A stretch of DNA of 12,119 bases, taken from positions 1 through 12,119 of the IMG/VR virus record IMGVR_UViG_2698536618_000022. The stretch is one strand, 5' to 3'. Below, one piece after another: positions 7,349 to 12,119 of the stretch (position 1 is its first letter; each line of letters opens with the position of its first letter). Made by a program: the position numbers and the translations under genes. A model generated the notes under the pieces. It had not been told where the DNA came from and did no database searches. It was given only the letters and a program-made list of their open reading frames with translations. This DNA comes from a virus. Lineage: Duplodnaviria > Heunggongvirae > Uroviricota > Caudoviricetes.

Positions 7349-7644
7349 TACTCATCACCTATGGCTTTTTTGATAGCTTCGAGAGCCTTATTAACAGCTC
7401 CATACCATTCTGGATATGTTGTCGTTGTTCTATTTTTGGATTGCTTAAGTAATAACTGAAGTGCTTCGAGAAGGTCAGGTGCTGCCGCTATTAGATTGGC
7501 ATCTTCAATACATTGAACTTCCTCACAGATTGCAATATACGAACGCCAGCCTGCGCCATTTTCAAGTGAGTCTGCCTGGATGATTTTAATCTCATTGCCA
7601 TCCATCATTATTTCCCACTTACCTTCAGTACCTTTAAATTCCAT
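7348..7644 (-). CDS. small Ead/Ea22-motif protein, paralog A (98 aa)
   Basis: contains IAAAPDLLEALQ and KALEAIKKAIG motifs shared with the ORF at 8285-8545 and with the Ea22-like N-terminal domain; SD AGAGG inside a repeated 30-bp linker. Confidence 0.65.
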   Translation of the reverse strand: MEFKGTEGKWEIMMDGNEIKIIQADSLENGAGWRSYIAICEEVQCIEDANLIAAAPDLLEALQLLLKQSKNRTTTTYPEWYGAVNKALEAIKKAIGDE

Positions 7645-7649
7645 GTTAG

Positions 7650-7679
7650 CCTCTGTTGTTTATGCCAAAAATAAAGGCC
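7650..7679. repeat. 30-bp direct repeat DR2, copy 1 (cctctgttgtttatgccaaaaataaaggcc); second copy at 8551-8580
   Basis: identical 30-mer read directly at both sites, each immediately upstream of an Ead-like paralog and adjoining a terminator-like hairpin. Confidence 0.85.
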
Positions 7680-7683
7680 ACCA

Positions 7684-7884
7684 TCAGGCAGCCTTGTTAT
7701 TCTGTTTACCAAGTTCTCTGGCAATCATTGCCGTCGTTCGCATTGCCCATTTATCGACATATTTCCCATCCTCCATTACAGGAAACATTTCTTCAGGCTT
7801 AACCATGCATTCCGATTGCAGCTTGCATCCATTGCATCGTTTGAATTGTCCACACCATTGATTTGTATCAATAGTCGTAGTCAT
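7684..7884 (-). CDS. ral: Ral-like restriction-alleviation protein (66 aa)
   Basis: MTTTIDTNQWCGQFKRCNGCKLQSECMVKPEEMFPVMEDGKYVDKW... matches my memory of lambda Ral, including length 66 aa; Cys cluster; AGGA SD. Confidence 0.7.
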   Translation of the reverse strand: MTTTIDTNQWCGQFKRCNGCKLQSECMVKPEEMFPVMEDGKYVDKWAMRTTAMIARELGKQNNKAA

Positions 7885-7954
7885 ACGGATAATCCTGGTA
7901 TTGTTCCATCACATCCTGCGGATGCTCTTCGAACTCTTCAAATTCTTCTTCCAT
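7868..7954 (-). CDS. small acidic ORF (28 aa), positional equivalent of lambda orf28
   Basis: ATG with GAGGTG SD 4 nt upstream inside a repeated linker; MEEEFEEFEEHPQDVMEQYQDYPYDYDY; 3' end overlaps the ral start. Confidence 0.4.
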   Translation of the reverse strand: MEEEFEEFEEHPQDVMEQYQDYPYDYDY

Positions 7955-7979
7955 ATATCACCTCAAATAAGTGGTTTGC
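7948..7979. repeat. 32-bp direct repeat DR1, copy 1 (cttccatatatcacctcaaataagtggtttgc); second copy at 8900-8931
   Basis: identical 32-mer at both sites; each carries the SD and start codon (ATGGAAG) of the downstream minus-strand gene; copy 2 also contains the last codons of N. Confidence 0.85.
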
Positions 7980-8009
7980 CGCGAAAAAGTAAAACAAGGA
8001 TACTCACTT

Positions 8010-8276
8010 CTATTTGTCATCGTGTAAGCGACGCAGGTTATTAACTCGCGGCCAGTAATATTTTGGCTTGGCACGAGATCCGGGTCTTGGACCTACACAA
8101 ACTATATAGCTCTCTTCTTTCCTCGGAAGGCCAGGTGCATCTAGCAGACGGCCTAGTTCGAATTTTTTTACGTTGACACCAGGAGGAATCACCTCGACGA
8201 TAAACCCGATTTTTACCTTCGTTACACCGTTTGATGAGCTTGACCATTTAACTTCATCGTTCAATTTGAACTTCAT
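8010..8276 (-). CDS. hypothetical basic protein (88 aa from the ATG at 8276; track ORF starts at a TTG at 8288)
   Basis: ORF with GAGG SD; Lys/Arg-rich (MKFKLNDEVKW...PRPGSRAKPKYYWPRVNNLRRLHDDK). Confidence 0.55.
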   Translation of the reverse strand: MKFKLNDEVKWSSSSNGVTKVKIGFIVEVIPPGVNVKKFELGRLLDAPGLPRKEESYIVCVGPRPGSRAKPKYYWPRVNNLRRLHDDK

Positions 8277-8284
8277 CATTAACC

Positions 8285-8545
8285 TCAATCGTAATAATCT
8301 TCACCAATAGCTTTGCTAATTGCTGACAGTGCTTTCGATACTTCATCAGGATAATGGTCATTCCAGCTTTGCTTGTATGCCTTGTTTAGCATCGCTTGCA
8401 GAGCTTCAAGCAAATCAGGAGCTGCCTCCATCAATCTCAAATCACCACGATGTATGGTTGTATCGTCAAACGTGACATAAACACCATCATCGTTGAATCC
8501 AGTGCCAACAACACTCCACGGCCTTTTCATTCTTTCTACGGTCAT
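8285..8545 (-). CDS. small Ead/Ea22-motif protein, paralog B (86 aa from the ATG at 8545; the track ORF starts at a GTG at 8551)
   Basis: shares MEAAPDLLEALQ and KALSAISKAIG motifs with paralog A; preceded by DR2 copy 2. Confidence 0.6.
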   Translation of the reverse strand: MTVERMKRPWSVVGTGFNDDGVYVTFDDTTIHRGDLRLMEAAPDLLEALQAMLNKAYKQSWNDHYPDEVSKALSAISKAIGEDYYD

Positions 8546-8550
8546 ATCCA

Positions 8551-8580
8551 CCTCTGTTGTTTATGCCAAAAATAAAGGCC
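8551..8580. repeat. 30-bp direct repeat DR2, copy 2
   Basis: identical to 7650-7679; followed by the minus-strand hairpin GGCCGC-ATAA-TCGGCC with a T-rich tail (terminator-like). Confidence 0.85.
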
Positions 8581-8582
8581 GA

Positions 8583-8906
8583 TTATGCGGCCTTATCTAC
8601 ATTCCTGAACCAAACGCAGATCGGACCGTCTTCTGTATCGTGAATCGAACCGACAAACCATCCTTCTCCATCTGGCATGCTTGGCTCCCATCCACTGATG
8701 TTTGGATTCCCATCTTCAAAATACGCGTCAATTACCGTTTGATTGTTGTCGTTTCCCATTTCAACAATTGATGATTCAATGCCATGCTGCTTGCAGAAAG
8801 ATCTGAACTCATCAGCTGAAATTACCTCTCTATCCCCAAACAGGTTGGCGTATTCTGGGTGCGTCCAGTAGCCATCCTCGCTTCGCTCTACTACTAATGC
8901 TTCCAT
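8583..8906 (-). CDS. strongly acidic hypothetical protein (107 aa)
   Basis: ATG with GAGGTG SD inside DR1 copy 2; by my count 22 Asp+Glu versus 6 Arg+Lys; first gene after N. Confidence 0.65.
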   Translation of the reverse strand: MEALVVERSEDGYWTHPEYANLFGDREVISADEFRSFCKQHGIESSIVEMGNDNNQTVIDAYFEDGNPNISGWEPSMPDGEGWFVGSIHDTEDGPICVWFRNVDKAA

Positions 8907-8931
8907 ATATCACCTCAAATAAGTGGTTTGC
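8900..8931. repeat. 32-bp direct repeat DR1, copy 2
   Basis: identical to 7948-7979; overlaps the 3' end of N and the start of the acidic ORF. Confidence 0.85.
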
Positions 8932-9214
8932 TGCCTAATTTCATTTTCTGGCGACCAACACAAGTCACACCCATTTCACTGCGTGGCTTGCGGTAGTAAA
9001 TACGGTTCTGTTTACTCTCGACTTCTTCTGCCTTCTTACAGCGAAGGCTTCCGAGTGATGCTGCTTTATCTGCTCTGACGCAACCAGAGAGCTTTAGCGC
9101 AATTTTTCGCGCCAGTCGCTGCTCTTGCATTGCCTGTTCACGTTGAGCCTGTCTGCGTGCTCTGCGGCGATTTCTGGCGTTATCGTCAGCCAGATATGTA
9201 ATGACTACTGTCAT
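8915..9214 (-). CDS. N: N-type transcription antitermination protein (phage-21-like N)
   Basis: 99 aa from MTVVITYLADDNARNRRRARRQAQ (arginine-rich motif); C-terminus ...RIYYRKPRSEMGVTCVGRQKMKLGSKPLI resembles the lambda/phi21 N C-termini as I recall them; GGAGG SD; nutL lies upstream on the same transcript. Confidence 0.85.
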   Translation of the reverse strand: MTVVITYLADDNARNRRRARRQAQREQAMQEQRLARKIALKLSGCVRADKAASLGSLRCKKAEEVESKQNRIYYRKPRSEMGVTCVGRQKMKLGSKPLI

Positions 9215-9254
9215 GTTGACCTCCGGGTAGGTGCACATCCTTTTGTGTCGATGA

Positions 9255-9374
9255 TTATTTGTTTTTGCGTTGCCACATCCAGTCATCTACTTCAGACCAG
9301 ATAGTGAAACCGAAGCCGATGGCGAATGTGTTAACTAAACCACCGAGAATTGGGTTGGTCATGATGTCTAACAT
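9255..9374 (-). CDS. small hydrophobic ORF (39 aa) in the N leader
   Basis: ATG preceded by TGAGGA SD at about 7 nt; MLDIMTNPILGGLVNTFAIGFGFTIWSEVDDWMWQRKNK has one predicted TM segment; not in the ORF track (under 60 aa). Confidence 0.4.
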   Translation of the reverse strand: MLDIMTNPILGGLVNTFAIGFGFTIWSEVDDWMWQRKNK

Positions 9375-9546
9375 TTTCTGTTCCTCAGATGATTAGCTTT
9401 GGTGGTGTGGTAGGTGGGAGACCCATTTCGACCCGCTTCGTCCGACTTCAATTCGGCAATAGTCCCGCAGGCCTCGCCGCTTTACGTGCGACATATTCCC
9501 GTCCATGAACCCTTCACCACACCCCAAAGCCAACTACTCTTTGGTT

Positions 9547-9587
9547 CCCGCATTTCGGCGGGACAATCCCATCAATGTTAAAGAGCC
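9547..9587 (-). promoter_or_regulatory. nutL (boxA GGCTCTTTAACA, boxB hairpin CCCGCCGAAATGCGGG)
   Basis: boxA-like element followed 13 nt later by a hairpin identical to the boxB at nutR; located between PL and N on the minus strand. Confidence 0.75.
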
Positions 9588-9624
9588 TGCCAATCTGTTC
9601 CGTTTGGCTACCAGCGTCCTGCTG

Positions 9625-9715
9625 ATGGCTTAAATTTAAGATCTCTTTAATTAATGGTCAAGAGTATTTTTGAAGAAAACTTAAATTTTCTTTCGTAACT
9701 TAAGTTTGGCTTTGA
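9625..9715 (-). promoter_or_regulatory. PL promoter with OL operators (P22-type 18-bp operators)
   Basis: minus-strand -35 TTGACC (9656-9661), 17-bp spacer, -10 TAAATT (9633-9638); operator ATTTAAGATCTCTTTAAT at 9634-9651 plus two degenerate copies near 9679-9696 and 9698-9715. Confidence 0.6.
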
Positions 9716-9730
9716 TTTTTAAAGGAAATA

Positions 9731-9752
9731 AAAAAAAGGGGCGAATGCCCCC
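9731..9752 (-). terminator. rho-independent terminator immediately downstream of the repressor gene
   Basis: minus-strand hairpin GGGGC-ATTC-GCCCC followed by TTTTTTTTATTTCC. Confidence 0.7.
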
Positions 9753-10403
9753 TTATGGAAGGTTTGCTAGTTTTGCATCGACAACTACGCCGATGATTTT
9801 GCAGTTTCCGTTGATCTCGATCATCGGATATTGTGGGTTAAGTGGTTTTAGAAACTTCCTGCCTGCATCAATAACTAACTTCTTGAAAGTTGCCTCGTTT
9901 TCTCCTTCGAGCTTTGCAACTACCAGTTTCCCGTTACGCGGCTCTACTTCAGGATCGACGAGTATTATCATTCCTTCAGGGATACTGAGACCGGCCGGAG
10001 CCGTCATTGAGTCTCCCTTCACGTCCAACCAAAACGAATCTTCTGAACAGTCTACGGTTGTATCGTACCAGTTATCTATTGCACGCTTATGATATGGTTC
10101 CACAGCTTCCATCCAGCATCCTGCGCTCACCCAGCTAATCAGAGGGTATGACCCTCTTGGATCATGCCTACTGTGATAGGCAATGTTTGAAAGACTTTCC
10201 TCTCCTTTCATCAGATAGTCAGGGGAACACTTCAACGCATTAGCCAGGGCGAGAAGATTCTCTCCATTTGGCTCTGTCTCAGAGCGTTCCCACTGAGATA
10301 TGGCAACATTAGACACGCCGACCATCTTTCCAAGTGCGGCCTGCCTGATCTTGAGTTCTTTTCTCCGAGCGCGAATGCGCTCTCCCATCAATTGAGTTTT
10401 CAT
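9753..10403 (-). CDS. c2: CI-type prophage repressor, P22 C2-like (HTH plus LexA-like S24 autopeptidase domain)
   Basis: 216 aa; MKTQLMGERIRARRKELKIRQAALGKMVGVSNVAISQWERSETEPNGENLLALANAL... matches remembered P22 C2; GDSM serine motif and VVAKL lysine of the S24 catalytic dyad. Confidence 0.95.
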   Translation of the reverse strand: MKTQLMGERIRARRKELKIRQAALGKMVGVSNVAISQWERSETEPNGENLLALANALKCSPDYLMKGEESLSNIAYHSRHDPRGSYPLISWVSAGCWMEAVEPYHKRAIDNWYDTTVDCSEDSFWLDVKGDSMTAPAGLSIPEGMIILVDPEVEPRNGKLVVAKLEGENEATFKKLVIDAGRKFLKPLNPQYPMIEINGNCKIIGVVVDAKLANLP

Positions 10404-10483
10404 AGTTAAGACATCTTAAATAAACTTGACTTAAGATTCCTTTAGTGGATAATTTAAGTGTTCTTTAATTTCGGAGCGAGTCT
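10404..10483. promoter_or_regulatory. OR region: three P22-type operators, with PR rightward and PRM leftward
   Basis: 18-bp operators AGTTAAGACATCTTAAAT (10404-10421), ACTTAAGATTCCTTTAGT (10429-10446), ATTTAAGTGTTCTTTAAT (10452-10469); PR -35 TTGACT (10426-10431) and -10 GATAAT (10448-10453). Confidence 0.8.
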
Positions 10484-10669
10484 ATGTACAAGAAAGATGT
10501 TATCGACCACTTCGGAACCCAGCGTGCTGTAGCTAAAGCGTTAGGCATTAGCGACGCAGCAGTCTCTCAGTGGAAGGAAGTCATCCCAGAGAAAGACGCC
10601 TATCGACTGGAAGTCGTTACAGCTGGCGCCCTGAAGTATCAAGAAAGCGCTTACCGCAAAGCGGCATAA
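10484..10669 (+). CDS. cro: Cro repressor (P22-type)
   Basis: 61 aa MYKKDVIDHFGTQRAVAKALGISDAAVSQWKEVIPEKDAYRLEVVTAGALKYQESAYRKAA; first gene of the PR transcript; GGAG SD. Confidence 0.9.
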   Translation: MYKKDVIDHFGTQRAVAKALGISDAAVSQWKEVIPEKDAYRLEVVTAGALKYQESAYRKAA

Positions 10670-10675
10670 GCAAAT

Positions 10676-10720
10676 TGCTCTTTAACAGTCATGGTCCTCA
10701 TTCCCGCCGAAATGCGGGAA
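10676..10720 (+). promoter_or_regulatory. nutR (boxA TGCTCTTTAACA, boxB hairpin TTCCCGCCGAAATGCGGGAA)
   Basis: boxA 10676-10687; boxB stem-loop 10701-10720, same sequence as the nutL boxB on the opposite strand. Confidence 0.8.
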
Positions 10721-10726
10721 TACAAC

Positions 10727-10761
10727 GCGCATAAGTTGATGCGCATAACTTCTTATTTGTT
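10727..10761 (+). terminator. tR1-like terminator between nutR and cII
   Basis: hairpin GCGCAT-AAGTTG-ATGCGC followed by the T-rich ATAACTTCTTATTTGTT. Confidence 0.4.
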
Positions 10762-10777
10762 AAGGAAATACTTACAT

Positions 10778-11071
10778 ATGGAACTTACAAGTACTCGCAA
10801 GAAAGCGAATGCAATTACAAGCAACATCCTGAATCGAATTGCTGTACGTGGTCAGCGAAAGGTTGCCGACGCGTTAGGGATTAATGAATCGCAAATTTCG
10901 CGATGGAAAGACAGCTTCATCCCCAAAATGGGAATGCTTCTTGCTGTTCTTGAATGGGGTGTCGTCGACGACGACATGGCTCGATTGGCACGACAAGTTG
11001 CTTCGATTCTCACCAATAAAAAACGCCCGGCGGCAACCGAGCGTTCTGAACAAATCCAGATGGAATTCTGA
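10778..11071 (+). CDS. cII: CII transcriptional activator (mosaic: P22 c1-like N-terminus, lambda cII-like C-terminus)
   Basis: 97 aa from MELTSTRKKANAI... with AAGGAAA SD; C-terminal ...MLLAVLEWGVVDDDMARLARQVASILTNKKRPAATERSEQIQMEF is nearly identical to lambda CII as I recall it; the upstream in-frame extension in the ORF track is spurious (overlaps nutR). Confidence 0.85.
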   Translation: MELTSTRKKANAITSNILNRIAVRGQRKVADALGINESQISRWKDSFIPKMGMLLAVLEWGVVDDDMARLARQVASILTNKKRPAATERSEQIQMEF

Positions 11072-11103
11072 GGGAATTACTGGATCAATCCACAGGAGTC
11101 ATT

Positions 11104-12042
11104 ATGACAAATACAGCAAAAATACTCAACTTCGGCAGAGGTAACTTTGCCGAACAGGAGCGTAATGTGGCAGATCTCGATGATGGTTACGCCAGACTAT
11201 CAAATATGCTGATTGAGGCTTATTCAGGCGCAGATCTGACCAAGCGACAGTTTAAAGTGCTGCTTGCCATTCTGCGTAAAACCTATGGGTGGAATAAACC
11301 AATGGACAGAATCACCGATTCTCAACTTAGCGAGATTACAAAGTTACCCGTCAAACGGTGCAATGAAGCCAAGTTAGAACTCGTCAGAATGAATATTATC
11401 AAGCAGCAAGGCGGCATGTTTGGACCAAATAAAAACATCTCAGAATGGTGCATCCCTCAAAACGAGGGAGGTTCTCCTAAAATGAGGGACATCCCTCAAA
11501 ACGAGGGAAAATCCCCTAAAACGAGGGATAAAACATCCCTCAAATTAGGGGATTGCTATCCCTCAAAACAGGGGGACACAAAAGACACTATTACAAAAGA
11601 AAAAAGAAAAGATTATTCGTCCGAGAATTCTGGCGAATCCTCTGACCAGCCAGAAAACGATCTTTCTGTGGTTAAACCGGATGCTGCAATTCAGAGCGGC
11701 AGCAAGTGGGGAACAGCAGAAGACCTGACCGCCGCAGAGTGGATGTTTGACATGGTGAAGACCATCGCACCATCAGCCAGAAAACCGAATTTTGCAGGGT
11801 GGGCTAACGATATCCGCCTGATGCGTGAACGTGACGGACGTAACCACCGCGACATGTGCGTGCTGTTCCGCTGGGCATGCCAGGACAACTTCTGGTCCGG
11901 TAACGTGCTAAGTCCGGCCAAACTCCGCGACAAGTGGACCCAGCTCGAAATCAACCGTAACAAGCAACAGGCTGGCGTGACAGCTGGAAAACCAAAACTC
12001 GACCTGACAAACACTGACTGGATTTACGGGGTGGATTTATGA
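11104..12042 (+). CDS. O: replication initiator O (lambda O-like), containing the origin iterons
   Basis: 312 aa; MTNTAKILNFGRGNFAEQERNVADLDDGYARLSNMLIEAYSGADLTKRQFKVLLAILRKTYGWNKPMDRITDSQL... matches lambda O. Confidence 0.95.
   Translation: MTNTAKILNFGRGNFAEQERNVADLDDGYARLSNMLIEAYSGADLTKRQFKVLLAILRKTYGWNKPMDRITDSQLSEITKLPVKRCNEAKLELVRMNIIKQQGGMFGPNKNISEWCIPQNEGGSPKMRDIPQNEGKSPKTRDKTSLKLGDCYPSKQGDTKDTITKEKRKDYSSENSGESSDQPENDLSVVKPDAAIQSGSKWGTAEDLTAAEWMFDMVKTIAPSARKPNFAGWANDIRLMRERDGRNHRDMCVLFRWACQDNFWSGNVLSPAKLRDKWTQLEINRNKQQAGVTAGKPKLDLTNTDWIYGVDL
11451..11620 (+). repeat. ori-lambda-type replication origin inside O: iterons (ATCCCTCAAAACGAGGGA-like, about 6 copies) followed by an AT-rich unwinding region
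   Basis: repeats catccctcaaaacgaggga, ttctcctaaaatgagggac, atccctcaaaacgagggaa, atcccctaaaacgagggat, atccctcaaattaggggat, atccctcaaaacaggggga; then acaaaagacactattacaaaagaaaaaagaaaag. Confidence 0.85.
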
Positions 12043-12119
12043 AAAACATCGCCGCACAGATGGTTAACTTTGACCGTGAGCAGATGCGTCGGATCGCCAA
12101 CAACATGCCGGAACAGTAC
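12039..12119 (+). CDS. P: replication protein P (DnaB helicase loader), 5' partial; continues beyond the window
   Basis: ATG overlaps the O stop (ATGA); MKNIAAQMVNFDREQMRRIANNMPEQY matches the lambda P N-terminus. Confidence 0.85.
   Translation, partial: MKNIAAQMVNFDREQMRRIANNMPEQY

Larger units (their letters stand above)
1689..12119. mobile_element. lambdoid prophage (P22-type immunity, lambda-type replication) integrated at tRNA-Arg argW; att-proximal half, continues past window end
   Basis: tRNA 3'-end core at 1689-1703 next to an excisionase; contiguous phage early-left operon, immunity region, nut sites, cII, O with iterons, P start. Confidence 0.85.

Noticed and set aside
8915-9286. 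Longer version of N starting at 9286
   Set aside because: The upstream in-frame methionines lack an SD and overlap the small hydrophobic ORF; the ATG at 9214 has a GGAGG SD and directly precedes the arginine-rich motif.
9400-9520. 37-39 codon ORFs on either strand inside the loop of the N-leader inverted repeat
   Set aside because: No SD at proper spacing; the region is more plausibly structured RNA. Kept only as part of the N-leader finding.
9706-10092. 128-aa plus-strand ORF overlapping the repressor gene
   Set aside because: Antisense to the clearly identified C2-like repressor; it begins inside the repressor's terminator and has no SD.
10691-10777. N-terminal extension of the cII ORF in the track (MVLIPAEMREYNAHKLMRITSYLLRKYLH)
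   Set aside because: The extension runs through the nutR boxB hairpin and the tR1-like hairpin; the real start is the ATG at 10778 with a proper SD.
10884-11144. 86-aa ORF spanning the cII-O junction
   Set aside because: Out of frame with, and overlapping, both cII and O; no start signal.
11451-11576. Iteron repeats as a possible CRISPR array
   Set aside because: Repeats are about 19 bp, directly adjacent without unique spacers, lie in frame within the O gene, and match the well-known lambda origin iteron consensus.
11691-12014. 107-aa minus-strand ORF inside O
   Set aside because: Antisense to the strongly supported O gene.

Overview
This window is a chromosome-prophage junction. Positions 1-1248 encode a sucrose permease (cscB-like MFS symporter). 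Around 1689-1735 lies an attachment-site remnant whose core is identical to the 3' end of tRNA-Arg (argW, sequence recalled from memory). From there to the end of the window (and beyond) is the att-proximal half of a lambdoid prophage. It carries a TorI-type excisionase at the att end but no integrase in the window; by analogy with KplE1/CPS-53 the integrase would sit at the distal end, which cannot be checked here. A roughly 7.5 kb leftward (minus-strand) early-left operon runs from N down to torI: N, an accessory cluster with Ral and orf28, CIII, Kil, an Arf-like ORF, Erf, an SSB-like protein, a block of unknowns, an ASCH protein and an Ea22/DUF551 protein. The immunity region is P22-type (C2-like repressor, three OR and OL operators, Cro) with nutL and nutR sharing an identical boxB hairpin. 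cII is mosaic, and replication is lambda-type (O with an iteron origin, start of P). No rRNA, intact tRNA, CRISPR array or transposase was seen. The most interesting unexplained parts are: (1) the cIII-N accessory interval, where two interleaved direct-repeat linker pairs bracket swapped small-gene cassettes, including a strongly acidic 107-aa protein in the positional slot of the anti-restriction gene ral; (2) the N leader, which holds a long imperfect inverted repeat and a 39-codon hydrophobic ORF; (3) a second argW-like T-arm fragment inside the prophage next to torI. All homology calls are from memory of protein families; no database search was possible, and coordinates of sub-ORF features may be off by 1-2 nt.
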